64,000 nt of DNA. Source: Candidatus Buchananbacteria bacterium RIFCSPLOWO2_01_FULL_39_33. GTDB lineage: Bacteria > Patescibacteriota > Patescibacteriia > 2-01-FULL-39-33. How positions within the stretch are numbered: the first letter of the stretch is position 1; each line of letters begins with the position of its first letter. Below are positions 17,817 to 27,087 of this stretch, in pieces. The notes under the pieces are model-generated. The model did no database searches. It worked only from the letters and a program-made list of their open reading frames with translations, and was not told the DNA's origin. Both the position numbers and the translations under genes were made by a program. Where the stretch lies: contig MHIM01000028.1 of assembly GCA_001817505.1 (NCBI GenBank), positions 383 to 64,382 on the forward strand, read 5' to 3'.

Positions 17817-18161
17817 ATGGAAATAAAAATAATTGAAAATAAAATAACTTGGCCAGAAGTTAAGAAGCTGGCCAATGAAAGTTATGGCGATATGGTCAAA
17901 GCCGTAGCTGATGTTAACCAGGGTTTTTTGGCGATTGGCGGAGAAATGCATGCCGATGCCGAACAATTATTGATAGAAAAGGGTTCGCGGCAGGACGATT
18001 TATGGGGCTTTAATATTTATCCAGAAGCGCCAAGCGAAAAAATGTTAGAATATGTGTCGTTTATAAACATCCGGCCCAAACTCGGCAATCGCAGCCAGGA
18101 AATAAACAGTCAGACAATCAAAGATAGAATAAAAGCGTTGATAAATAAAATGATTGTATGA
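17817..18161 (+). CDS. Hypothetical protein
   Basis: ORF only. Confidence 0.45.
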   Translation: MEIKIIENKITWPEVKKLANESYGDMVKAVADVNQGFLAIGGEMHADAEQLLIEKGSRQDDLWGFNIYPEAPSEKMLEYVSFINIRPKLGNRSQEINSQTIKDRIKALINKMIV

Positions 18162-18466
18162 GCGAGGAAAATTGGCATGAAAAATCACTATCTTGGCAAT
18201 TGGGTAATATCGGTAGCGAAGTGTCACGCGCCATTAATCGCGATAAAATTGGTGATAGCAATGGCCGGCAAAACGCCTTAGAACGCGCTTTGGAACTCAT
18301 TGATTTTACTTTATCGGATAAAAAACATATTAATCGGCTAAAAGAAATTGTTAGATTACGGGAATTATTGGCTGGTCATTATATTAACAATAATTATTAT
18401 CAAGTCGGTTTAGAGGATTTAAATAAATATTTACTGTCATTTGCTTTATTGGCGAAAAATAAATAA
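18158..18466 (+). CDS. Hypothetical protein (possibly a small MazG-like/all-alpha NTP-pyrophosphohydrolase fold; weak)
   Basis: 4-bp overlap with the previous ORF. The motif call is weak. Confidence 0.4.
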   Translation: MSEENWHEKSLSWQLGNIGSEVSRAINRDKIGDSNGRQNALERALELIDFTLSDKKHINRLKEIVRLRELLAGHYINNNYYQVGLEDLNKYLLSFALLAKNK

Positions 18467-18483
18467 TAAAAATTATTTAAATA

Positions 18484-19740
18484 ATGTATCAAAAAATAAA
18501 ATTGCCTAACCAAGTTAGGTTGATTACCGTACCCCAAAAAGAAACCCAGACTGCTAATCTGCTGGTTTTAGTGAAAGTCGGTTCACGAGCCGAGAATCTC
18601 AAAAACAGCGGCGTTTCTCATTTTATCGAGCACTTGATGTTTAAAGGCACTAAAAAACGGCCCAGTACTTTAGCTTTGTCTAAAGAATTAGACGGCGTTG
18701 GCGCCGAGTTCAATGCTTTTACCGGCAAGGATTACACCGGCTATTATATCAAATCCGATACCAAACATTTATCGCTCTCCATTGATGTTTTAGCGGACAT
18801 GCTTTTAAATTCCAAATTTGACGCTCAAGAAATTGACAGAGAAAAGGGTGTGATTGTTGAAGAAATCAATATGTATGAAGATAATCCGATGATGTACGTT
18901 GATGATTTATTGGAACAAACCATGTATGCCGGTCATCCCTTAGGTTGTTCTATTGCTGGCACCAGGCAATCAGTCAAGGCAATGTCCCAGGCAGATTTGC
19001 TTGGCTTTAAGAACCAATTTTATATTGGCAATAATATTGTCATTTGCCTGGCGGGAAATTTTAATAGTCAGCATTTACAAGAACTGAAAGCTAAATTCAA
19101 ATTTCCCTTATCAACTAAGAAATTTCCCATCAATAAAATAAAAATCAAGCAAAATAAGTCGCGGGTGGTTTTGAAATTCAAAGAAACCGAACAAAGCCAA
19201 ATCGCTTTGGGCTTTCCGGCCTATGCTTATACCGATAAGAAAATCTATGCCCTGCAATTACTCTCAGTGATTTTGGGCGGCAATATGAGCTCCAGATTAT
19301 TCTGGCAAGTCAGGGAAAGAAATGGCTTGGCCTATTTTATCCGTTCGTTTTTGAGCGTCTATGAAGATACCGGCGCTTTAATAATCCAATCGGGCTTAGA
19401 CAAGTTGCGGGTGGAGAGTGCTATGGCCTTGATAGTTTCCGAACTGGAAAAAATTAAAAAAGGAGTAACCCCGGAAGAATTAAAGCGAGCCAAAGAATAT
19501 TTATTTGGCAAAACCGCCCTGGACTTGGAAGATACCTCTCATCTGGCCCAATGGTATGGCCAACAGGAATTAATGATTGGCAAAATTCTAACTCCCGAGG
19601 AAAAAAATAAAAAAATCACGGCCGTTACCCTCGGTGATGTTGCCTTGGTGGCTAAGGATATTTTCAAAATCAATCAGTCAAGTTTAGCTGTGATCGGGCC
19701 GTTTAAGAATAAAAATAAATTCAAAAATCTTTTGAAATAA
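18484..19740 (+). CDS. M16 family zinc peptidase (pitrilysin/insulinase-like)
   Basis: SHFIEHLMFKGT contains the inverted zinc-binding HxxEH motif; the glutamate further downstream is conserved; 418 aa. Confidence 0.85.
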   Translation: MYQKIKLPNQVRLITVPQKETQTANLLVLVKVGSRAENLKNSGVSHFIEHLMFKGTKKRPSTLALSKELDGVGAEFNAFTGKDYTGYYIKSDTKHLSLSIDVLADMLLNSKFDAQEIDREKGVIVEEINMYEDNPMMYVDDLLEQTMYAGHPLGCSIAGTRQSVKAMSQADLLGFKNQFYIGNNIVICLAGNFNSQHLQELKAKFKFPLSTKKFPINKIKIKQNKSRVVLKFKETEQSQIALGFPAYAYTDKKIYALQLLSVILGGNMSSRLFWQVRERNGLAYFIRSFLSVYEDTGALIIQSGLDKLRVESAMALIVSELEKIKKGVTPEELKRAKEYLFGKTALDLEDTSHLAQWYGQQELMIGKILTPEEKNKKITAVTLGDVALVAKDIFKINQSSLAVIGPFKNKNKFKNLLK

Positions 19741-19743
19741 TTT

Positions 19744-21027
19744 ATGAGAATAGGCATTGATTGCCGGACAATTTTAAATCCTGCTGGCGGCGAACGGGCC
19801 GGCGTGGGCCACTATACTTATTATTTGGTCAAAAATTTATTGGCTCTGGACAGAAAAAACGATTACGTCTTGTTTTTTGACAGCCGCTTGAAAGATGTTG
19901 AAGAATTCAAAAAATATAAGAATGCCATTATCCGGTTTTTCCCTTTTTACCAGTATAAAAAATATCTGCCTCTAATCTATTCCCAGCTGCTGATCAGCGC
20001 GGTTTTAAATCGGGAAAATTTGGATATTTTCCATTCTCCGGCCAATGTCATTCCTTTTTATTACAGTAAGAAATCAGTCATTACCGTTCATGATCTGGCT
20101 ATTTACAAGTTTCCGGAATTTTTTCCTAAAACTTTTTTAAGCCGTCAGGCCTTTTCTACCAAGATATTAGTGCCTAAATCCCTGGCTCAAGCCAGCCAGA
20201 TAATCGCCGTTTCCAAAAATACCAAAAAGGATATAATAGAAGAATTCGGCCTGGCGGAAGAAAAAATTGAAGTGGTTTATGAAGGGGTTACAACTAATCA
20301 GGAAATTTGCGCCAACGTCGCTAATTGGGAAAATGTTTTTAAGAAATACGGCATCAAAGAAAAATTCATTTTGTTTTTAGGCACAATTGAGCCCAGAAAA
20401 AATATTGTCAGTTTAATCAGGGCCTTTCGCAATGCCCGTCTGGTTTATGACTCGCCCCTAAAAGATTATCAACTGATAATTGCCGGCGGCTCCGGCTGGA
20501 ACGACCAACCGATCTATCAGGCAATTACCGATGCTAATGCTAGCATTTTAGGTATCAAAGAAAGAAGAACCGGCTTGGAAAGGCGTAGCGGCTTAAATAA
20601 CTGGCCTGGAATTAAGGGGGAATTACCAAAGGAAAGGCGACAAAAAGAGGAAAGAAGGAAAAACCAGCCAGTGAAGTATATCGGTTATGTTTCTCCAAGC
20701 GATAAACTGACCCTGCTTTGCAAAACCCAATGTTTTGTTTTTCCCAGTTTATACGAAGGTTTCGGCCTGCCGGTTTTGGAGGCGATGAGTTTGGGCGTTG
20801 CCACTATTACTTCTAATTCCAGCTCTTTGCCGGAAATCACCGGTAGTGAAGGAGCAATCTTGGTTAATCCCAACAAAGAATCGGAAATTTCTGACGCGCT
20901 TTTGCAAATCGTGACTGATGAGGGTTTAAGGGAATTGCTAACTATCAAAGCCCGGGAAAAATCCCGACAATTCAGCTGGAAGAAATGTGTTAAAGAAACG
21001 CTCTCTGTTTATAATTCACTCAAGTAA
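19744..21027 (+). CDS. GT4-family glycosyltransferase (GT-B fold) with a roughly 40-aa charged insertion
   Basis: EGFGLPVLEAMSLGVATITSNSSSLPEI matches the GT4 EX7E region. The insertion KERRTGLERRSGLNNWPGIKGELPKERRQKEERRKNQP lies between the beta-strand motif and VKYIGYVS. Confidence 0.8.
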   Translation: MRIGIDCRTILNPAGGERAGVGHYTYYLVKNLLALDRKNDYVLFFDSRLKDVEEFKKYKNAIIRFFPFYQYKKYLPLIYSQLLISAVLNRENLDIFHSPANVIPFYYSKKSVITVHDLAIYKFPEFFPKTFLSRQAFSTKILVPKSLAQASQIIAVSKNTKKDIIEEFGLAEEKIEVVYEGVTTNQEICANVANWENVFKKYGIKEKFILFLGTIEPRKNIVSLIRAFRNARLVYDSPLKDYQLIIAGGSGWNDQPIYQAITDANASILGIKERRTGLERRSGLNNWPGIKGELPKERRQKEERRKNQPVKYIGYVSPSDKLTLLCKTQCFVFPSLYEGFGLPVLEAMSLGVATITSNSSSLPEITGSEGAILVNPNKESEISDALLQIVTDEGLRELLTIKAREKSRQFSWKKCVKETLSVYNSLK

Positions 21028-21097
21028 ATAATCATCTAACATATTTTATAAAAATAAATTACCCGGTGTTACCGGGCAATTTATTTATTTGGCGAAG

Positions 21098-21598
21098 TTA
21101 TTTTACAAGGTAAATAGTCCAGATGATGACGGTCAGTATGATGACCTGTACCAAAATGCCATATTGGAGAGGCAGATCAAAATTAAGTTTATTGACTAAT
21201 AAATTGTGGTTTTTATTATGCAATTTATAAAACCATTTGATAATTCTAAACTCTTTTAATTTATAAACAGCCACTAAAACATCCGGTAGAATACTGCCGA
21301 TAATCGCCCAAATTACATTATCAGCTCGGGCGAATTCAAAATTTTTAAAGAGAAAAATCAAAAAAACAGCCAGCACGAAGCTGTCAATACTGCCGTACAA
21401 AGCCATAAATTTAAGATCACCTTTTTCTTGTAAAAATTTAAGACGTTCGCCCCAAAACCTTTTACCCATCTTGGAATCGCCATGAGGGATTAAGTCCAAA
21501 ATCAAATGCGATAACAGACCCAACAAAAAAGCGATAATCGGACTGCTTATATTTTTGCCGATAACGGTGGCCGCCGCCGCGTGAACCGTGATAAACAT
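21098..21598 (-). CDS. Membrane-bound metal-dependent hydrolase (YdjM/DUF457-like)
   Basis: LLGLLSHLILDLIPHGD matches the conserved His/Asp pattern of DUF457; several TM segments. Confidence 0.55.
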   Translation of the reverse strand: MFITVHAAAATVIGKNISSPIIAFLLGLLSHLILDLIPHGDSKMGKRFWGERLKFLQEKGDLKFMALYGSIDSFVLAVFLIFLFKNFEFARADNVIWAIIGSILPDVLVAVYKLKEFRIIKWFYKLHNKNHNLLVNKLNFDLPLQYGILVQVIILTVIIWTIYLVK

Positions 21599-21659
21599 AT
21601 GTTAATAATTAATGGTTAGATCGTTTGTATTATAGCATTAGAACAATTTTTGGTAAATA

Positions 21660-21685
21660 AAAAACAGCGAAAGCTGTTTTTTGGT
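21660..21685. terminator. Bidirectional terminator hairpin
   Basis: aaaaaacagc-gaa-agctgtttttt. Confidence 0.5.
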
Positions 21686-21970
21686 GCTCCATTCTTAAAA
21701 TAGTTCGAACGCATTTCGCCGCCGGCGGCGGCGAGGAAGCCCCCCGCAAAAATGAACGGCTTCGCCGCGAACCGGACAATTTCAAGTTTTTGAATGATTT
21801 AAGTATAAATCATTCCAGTAAATTTTTCAATGAAAATGATTGAAAAATTTAATGCCTTGGCGGCAAATTCTTTTATGAAAATTCAATCCCAAAATTTGAT
21901 AAAGAAAAAGGGCTCCGAGCAGAACTGGTGTCTGTAAGGAGCCCCATTGTCGGCGGAACTTCGTTCGCCG

Positions 21971-22681
21971 TTAGCCGAGAGACAAAAGCGTGGGGTTGAG
22001 CACGCCGCCGGACTCGTTGGCCTTCTCGCCCTCGTTCCCGATCTGGGTCTTGAGGTTGTGCCAACGCCGAAGTCGGTCGCCGTGCTTCCAGCAGGCCGCG
22101 AGTGTCGAGACAGCACATTCGTACATGAAGCCCGTGATGCCCTCGAGGTTGGCCTCGTGATATGCGGCGTCCGCCACATCTTCGAGGTTTTTCCCGTTGG
22201 CCATCTCGACCTGCATGAGGCGTGCCCACCGTTCCGAGTAGGTGACCACCGCACCGCCGTAACCGTCCGTGTTCATGTCCTTGAACTTCTGCCAGCCGGC
22301 TTCGTCGGCGAGCTCAATGGTGGGGGCGTTGGCCAACTTGGCCTCGACCTTCTCGCGATGAGCACGAGCTTTCTTCTCGTACTCCACCTGCCGCTTCTGC
22401 CGCTTACGCTCGTTCTTGGCTTCGATGCGCGCGTCTTTCGCCTTGTCTTCGGCCGTGAGTTCGGCTTTCGGATAGGGTCCGACCTCGCCCTCGATGTAGC
22501 CCGATTGGGCGCGCTGTTGGTCACGGAAGATGAGTTCGGCATTGGAAGTGCCGTTCACCAGCACCGTGACGCCGTTGAGCTCCTGCTTCGCCGTGAAGTT
22601 GCCTTCCTTGGCGAGTCCGATCATCTCCCTGATGGTGTCGACGATGAGGCTGTTGTAGACGTTCGTCTCTTTGGTCTTCAT
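21971..22681 (-). CDS. Hypothetical protein encoded in a high-GC (about 60%) island; likely horizontally acquired
   Basis: The 236-aa ORF has GC-rich third codon positions. A perfect AGGAGG lies 7 nt upstream of the ATG. The composition contrasts sharply with flanking DNA of about 35-38% GC. The + strand ORFs in this interval look like antisense artefacts. Confidence 0.6.
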   Translation of the reverse strand: MKTKETNVYNSLIVDTIREMIGLAKEGNFTAKQELNGVTVLVNGTSNAELIFRDQQRAQSGYIEGEVGPYPKAELTAEDKAKDARIEAKNERKRQKRQVEYEKKARAHREKVEAKLANAPTIELADEAGWQKFKDMNTDGYGGAVVTYSERWARLMQVEMANGKNLEDVADAAYHEANLEGITGFMYECAVSTLAACWKHGDRLRRWHNLKTQIGNEGEKANESGGVLNPTLLSLG

Positions 22682-22752
22682 GCTTCTGTCCTCCTTTCAA
22701 GGTATGGTTTGATTCCATCTAGGTACTATACCCAGATTTCAATCTATCCTAG

Positions 22753-22790
22753 CATACCAGACCATAAAAGTCAAGAGGCGGCAAGCACCG
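22753..22790. terminator. Perfect 12-bp-stem hairpin flanked by A/T runs
   Basis: aaaa-gtcaagaggcgg-caagca-ccgcctcttgac-tttt. Confidence 0.55.
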
Positions 22791-22809
22791 CCTCTTGACT
22801 TTTCCTACG

Positions 22810-22894
22810 TGGTGCCGAAGGAGAGAATCGAACTCTCACATCTTGCGATACACGATTTTGAGTCGTGCGCGTCTACCAATTCCGCCACTTCGGC
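22810..22894 (-). tRNA. tRNA-Leu (anticodon CAA), class II with long variable arm, CCA encoded
   Basis: Reverse complement reads GCCGAAGUGGCGGAAUUGGUAGACGCGCACGACUCAAAAUCGUG...GAGAGUUCGAUUCUCUCCUUCGGCACCA. Confidence 0.85.
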
Positions 22895-22980
22895 CTACTA
22901 TCAACAATTAACTTTTAACATTTAACTATTAACAAAATTGTTAAATATTAATTATTAATAGTTAACAGTTATTATCGTAG

Positions 22981-23130
22981 CAGGGGCCGGAGTTGAATCG
23001 GGTTGTTTCTGGACAACGCTGAATGCCTGCTTGCCGGTAGATAGGCTTGTATTTGCTCGTTTTCATTGACACTCATCTTCGCTAATGCTCGTTTCGTTTC
23101 CGTCCTCGCCTATTTGATATTAAGTAAGTT
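22981..23130 (-). other. Degenerate tRNA-derived element E0: 3' T-arm/acceptor copy of tRNA-Met(A) attached to unrelated sequence
   Basis: The minus-strand 3' end ...CCCGAUUCAACUCCGGCCCCUGC closely matches the 3' end of the tRNA at 23166-23237, but its T-stem is broken. Confidence 0.3.
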
Positions 23131-23165
23131 AATAGTTAACTGTTAATTGTTTATTGTTAACCCTG

Positions 23166-23237
23166 TAGCAGGGGCCGGAGTTGAACCGGCGACCAATGGC
23201 TTATGAGTCCACTGCTCTACCACTGAGCTACCCTGCC
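23166..23237 (-). tRNA. tRNA with CAU anticodon (Met or lysidine-Ile2); no encoded CCA
   Basis: Reverse complement reads GGCAGGGUAGCUCAGUGGUAGAGCAGUGGACUCAUAAGCCAUUGGUCGCCGGUUCAACUCCGGCCCCUGCU. Anticodon loop is CUCAUAA; G1.U72 wobble. Confidence 0.75.
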
Positions 23238-23260
23238 GTGATTTAATCTTTCTAAGTTGT

Positions 23261-23395
23261 TAATCCACTGCTCTTCCAGGGCAGCGCCAGATGCTCGCGC
23301 TTGCTCGCATCTGTCGGCGTCTCAGCTTCGCCTTCGGCTCGCTTCACTGCTGCCCGTCGCTTCGCGACCCACTAAGCTACCCTGCCAGAAAATAA
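23261..23395 (-). other. Element E1: the first 18 nt of tRNA-Met(A) (acceptor and D-arm) fused to a roughly 98-nt GC-rich insertion, truncated after an anticodon-stem-like segment
   Basis: Minus strand reads GGCAGGGUAGCUUAGUGG + GC-rich 98 nt + AGAGCAGUGGA, then diverges. Confidence 0.3.
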
Positions 23396-23490
23396 TTTTC
23401 AATTTTCAATTTTTAAATAATTTAAAAATGATTAATTTAAAAATTAAATCATTGTTTAGAAATTAGAAATTAGAAATTTTAAAATTAGTA

Positions 23491-23600
23491 TCTGTTGCGG
23501 GGGTGGGATTCTTGTCCTGGGCAGCGTCCAGTCCTGCGCCAGCTCGGACTGGCCGACGCTCGTCTTCGCCTCGCTTCTGCCCGTGCGAATCCTCTCCTGA
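23491..23600 (-). other. Element E2: GC-rich sequence ending in a copy of the 3' T-arm/acceptor of the tRNA at 23651-23722
   Basis: The + strand begins tgttgcgggggtgggattc, identical to the first 19 nt of the tRNA at 23651 onward, then continues as GC-rich sequence (cttgtcctgggcagcgtccagtcctgcgcc...). Confidence 0.3.
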
Positions 23601-23650
23601 AAATAATTCATTATTAACCAAATAGGCATCTTGATTATCCGAAATTTTTG

Positions 23651-23722
23651 TTGCGGGGGTGGGATTCGCACCCACGACCTCCAGGTTATGGGCCTGGCGA
23701 GCTGCTACTGCTCTACCCCGCA
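23651..23722 (-). tRNA. tRNA with CAU anticodon (elongator Met or Ile2); atypical D-loop and T-loop; no encoded CCA
   Basis: Reverse complement reads UGCGGGGUAGAGCAGUAGCAGCUCGCCAGGCCCAUAACCUGGAGGUCGUGGGUGCGAAUCCCACCCCCGCAA. Anticodon loop is CCCAUAA; U1-A72 pair. Confidence 0.6.
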
Positions 23723-23815
23723 CAGAACATTGTATCATAAAAATTTAATTTTGACAAGGTAATTAAGATAATTTTTATTTTTAAAGTTCCATTATTTATG
23801 ATACTATAAATTAAT

Positions 23816-24583
23816 ATGGGACAAGTAATCTCGGTTGTTAATCAAAAAGGCGGAGTCGGCAAGACCACCACCGCTGTTAATTTAGCCGCTTACCTAAGCC
23901 AATTAGGTAAGTTTGTTTTATTGATTGATTTAGACCCGCAAAGCAATGCCACTTCTAATCTGGGCATCTCCAAGGATTTAGAGAAAGGCGTCTATGAGGT
24001 TTTGACCGGCCCTTATTCTTTTAAAGAAGTGATGATTGATACCCAGCACGAATATTATAAATTAGTGCCGGCCACGGTGTCTTTAGCGGGCGCCGGAGTG
24101 GAGTTTGTTAATTTAGACCGGCGCGAATTCCGGCTTTATGATAATTTATTGGAGATCAAGAATGACTTTGATTACATTATAATTGATTGTCCGCCGTCGC
24201 TGGGACTTTTAACCATTAATGGCTTAGTGGCTTCCGACCAGGTTCTTATTCCGGTCCAAGCCGAATATTTTGCCCTTGAGGGCTTGGGACAATTGGTCTC
24301 AACCATCGGTCTTATCCAAGAGAATGTCAAGCCGGAACTGGATATTTTGGGCGCTGTCTTGACCATGTATGATAAAAGGTTCAAGTTAGCCAATGATGTT
24401 TTGATGGAACTTTACCGGTATTTTCCCAATAAAATATTTCGCTCGGTTATTCCTCGAAACATTCGTCTATCAGAAGCGCCCAGCCATGGCCAGACAATTT
24501 TGGCTTATGATCCCAAATCCAAGGGCGCTAAGGCCTATGAAAGATTGGCTAGAGAATTGGTCTATCAGACCAACCCTTATTAG
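23816..24583 (+). CDS. parA: Chromosome partitioning ATPase ParA/Soj
   Basis: KGGVGKTTTAVNLAAYLS is a deviant Walker A; DLDPQSNAT; 255 aa. Confidence 0.9.
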   Translation: MGQVISVVNQKGGVGKTTTAVNLAAYLSQLGKFVLLIDLDPQSNATSNLGISKDLEKGVYEVLTGPYSFKEVMIDTQHEYYKLVPATVSLAGAGVEFVNLDRREFRLYDNLLEIKNDFDYIIIDCPPSLGLLTINGLVASDQVLIPVQAEYFALEGLGQLVSTIGLIQENVKPELDILGAVLTMYDKRFKLANDVLMELYRYFPNKIFRSVIPRNIRLSEAPSHGQTILAYDPKSKGAKAYERLARELVYQTNPY

Positions 24584-24605
24584 ACATATTTAAAAGATAA
24601 AATTT

Positions 24606-25481
24606 ATGCAAAAACCATCTGGTCTAGGACGGGGATTGGGTTCGCTGATTACCGGCAAGAAGACAGCCAAAGAAATAATCGGCGTTGCCAGTGAAGTAGC
24701 CGGTATTTTAGATACCCAAGAGAAAATTTATCAATTACCGGTTGATAAAATTACTCCCAATCCTCATCAACCCCGCGCTCATATTAACGAAGAAGATTTA
24801 TTGGAATTGACTAAGTCAATCAAAGAGCATGGCGTTATTCAGCCCTTGATAGTCACTAAAATCGATAATGGCTGGCAATTGATTGCCGGCGAAAGAAGAT
24901 GGCGGTCGGCCAAACTAGCCGGTTTGGATAAAGTGCCGGCGATTGTCCGCCAAATGAGCGAACAAAAGAAACTGGAAGTGGCTTTGATTGAGAATTTACA
25001 GCGCCGCAATCTTAATGCTTTGGAAACGGCTTTTGCTTATCAGAAATTAGTTGATGAATTTAACTTAACCCATGAACAACTCTCCCAAAGGGTTGGCAAA
25101 AGTCCCAGCACTGTCGCCAATACCTTGCGGATTCTCAACGTTATTGATGAAGCCAAGGCAGCTATCAGAGATGGCCAGATTTTTGAAGGACATGCCCGGG
25201 TTTTGGCTGGCTTGCCGGCGGCGGATCAATTGATAACACTGAAAAAAATCCTGGCTGAAAATTTAAACGTGCGCGATACTGAAAAAGCCGGCCATCAGGT
25301 CGTAGTCCAAAAGCGCATCAGGAAGGTTTCCTTTGATCCGGAAGTCAAAGCCAAAGAAGAATTGCTGCAGGGGATTTTAGGCACTAAAGTGGAAATAAAA
25401 AAGCATGGCTCAACCGGCCAAATTATCATCAAATTCTTTTCCGAAGAGGAATTAAGAAATATAGTTGATAAAATTATTTGA
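24606..25481 (+). CDS. parB: Chromosome partitioning protein ParB/Spo0J
   Basis: GERRWRSAKLAGLDKVPAIVR is the ParB box; an HTH region follows. Confidence 0.9.
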   Translation: MQKPSGLGRGLGSLITGKKTAKEIIGVASEVAGILDTQEKIYQLPVDKITPNPHQPRAHINEEDLLELTKSIKEHGVIQPLIVTKIDNGWQLIAGERRWRSAKLAGLDKVPAIVRQMSEQKKLEVALIENLQRRNLNALETAFAYQKLVDEFNLTHEQLSQRVGKSPSTVANTLRILNVIDEAKAAIRDGQIFEGHARVLAGLPAADQLITLKKILAENLNVRDTEKAGHQVVVQKRIRKVSFDPEVKAKEELLQGILGTKVEIKKHGSTGQIIIKFFSEEELRNIVDKII

Positions 25482-25513
25482 TATTCTCTTCTGGCCAACG
25501 GTCAAGATTAAAA

Positions 25514-26977
25514 TCATTGTTTTTTCAATCGGTTGAAAGCTGTTCTGATTTTACTTTTAGCCATAGAGGTCTTGACGCTCTCCAACCAATCAATATTCGG
25601 CCCTTGGCGGTTTTTATCGGTGATAATTTCCACAATATCGCCGCTTTTTAATTTGGAATCCAAACTGACTAAATGGTCATTGACTCTGGCGCCGACGCAT
25701 TGGTTGCCGATGGAAGAGTGGACATGATAAGCGAAATCAATCGGAGTTGATGCCTCGGGCAAATCAATCACATCACCGGTCGGGGTAAAGACAAAAATCC
25801 GGTTTTGGAAAATATCCAATTTAATATCATGCAAGAATTGCTCGTCATCAATGATTTGCTTTTGCCACTTGACCAATTCTGCCAGCCATTTGACGCTTTT
25901 CTTATTGGCATTGCCTTTATTTTCTTTATAATCCCAATGGGCGGCAATGCCGAATTCGGCTTCCTCATGCATTTCAATGGTTCTGATCTGGAATTCAACG
26001 ATCTCGCCATTTTCCGTAAAGACAGTCGTATGCAATGACTTATAGCCATTGGGCTTGGGCTGGGCGATGTAATCCTTGACTCGGCCGGGCATAGGCCGGT
26101 AGAGGTTATGCAGAATGCCCAGAGTTGAGTAGCAATCAGCCATGGTCGGCACGATAATCCTTAAAGCGATTAAATCATAGACCTTGGACAAATCTTTATT
26201 AACTGACGGGCGAAGCAGTTTTCGATATAAGCTGTAGAGGTGTTTGGTTCGGCCGTGGATGGCTATATTTTTTAAGATTATGCCGTTTTCTAATAATTTT
26301 TTAGAAACGCGTTTTTTAACTTTTTCCAAATATCTTTCTTTTTCTTTATATTTTTTGGGCAATATTTCCATAATCCAGTTATAATCAGCCGGGTAGACAT
26401 ATTTGAAAGACAGGTCTTCCAACTCGCCTTTGATTTTGCCGATGCCCAGGCGATCAGCGATGGGAGCGTAAATTTCCAATGATTCAGTGGCGATCCTGAT
26501 TTGTTTCTCGGCCGGTAAAAATTCCAAGGTTTTCAGATTATGGATGCGGTCGGCGAACTTAATTAAAATTATTCTGATGTCATTGCTCATAGCCACAAAC
26601 ATTCTTCTTAAATTTTCAGCGTATCGGGCTATGCCGCGGTACTTTAAAGTGCCCAATTTAGTGATGCCGGCTACCAAATTAGCTACTTCTTTACCAAAGT
26701 TTTTTTTGATGTCTTCCAAGGTGATTTTAGTATCTTCGGGAATATCGTGCAGCAAACCGGCGATAATGGTTTCCTTATCCATTTTAAGCTCGGCCAGAAA
26801 TTGCGCTGTGGCTAAAGGATGGATAATATAATCATCTCCGGACAAGCGTTTTTGGCCCGAGTGGGCGCTAAAAGCGAATTCATAAGCCAATTTAATCATA
26901 TCCAAATCGCCATCAGGATTTTTTTCACTGATGGTTTTCAATAATTTTTCAAATTCTGTCTTAGGGTCGGTGAGCAT
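25514..26977 (-). CDS. Bifunctional (p)ppGpp synthetase/hydrolase Rel/SpoT (short form: HD, synthetase and TGS domains)
   Basis: HD domain HSGQKRLSGDDYIIHPL...HDIPEDT. Synthetase region has the RelA/SpoT pattern. 487 aa, so it lacks the C-terminal ACT region. Confidence 0.85.
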   Translation of the reverse strand: MLTDPKTEFEKLLKTISEKNPDGDLDMIKLAYEFAFSAHSGQKRLSGDDYIIHPLATAQFLAELKMDKETIIAGLLHDIPEDTKITLEDIKKNFGKEVANLVAGITKLGTLKYRGIARYAENLRRMFVAMSNDIRIILIKFADRIHNLKTLEFLPAEKQIRIATESLEIYAPIADRLGIGKIKGELEDLSFKYVYPADYNWIMEILPKKYKEKERYLEKVKKRVSKKLLENGIILKNIAIHGRTKHLYSLYRKLLRPSVNKDLSKVYDLIALRIIVPTMADCYSTLGILHNLYRPMPGRVKDYIAQPKPNGYKSLHTTVFTENGEIVEFQIRTIEMHEEAEFGIAAHWDYKENKGNANKKSVKWLAELVKWQKQIIDDEQFLHDIKLDIFQNRIFVFTPTGDVIDLPEASTPIDFAYHVHSSIGNQCVGARVNDHLVSLDSKLKSGDIVEIITDKNRQGPNIDWLESVKTSMAKSKIRTAFNRLKKQ

Positions 26978-27087
26978 ATTGACCAGTATAAATTATTTCT
27001 TGGATTTAGGCAAAAGACGAAAATATTGACAAAATTTAAAAGTAATGTATAATACGGTCAGCAGTTCTTTAAAAAAAGGGAGGAGTT

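Noticed and set aside
21947-22798. 283-aa plus-strand ORF, with 21873..22254 and 22273..22718 minus-strand ORFs, in the GC-rich island
   Set aside because: High-GC DNA generates long open frames on several strands. Their translations are Leu/Arg/Val-rich nonsense. Only the minus-strand 21971..22681 frame has an AGGAGG RBS and protein-like composition.
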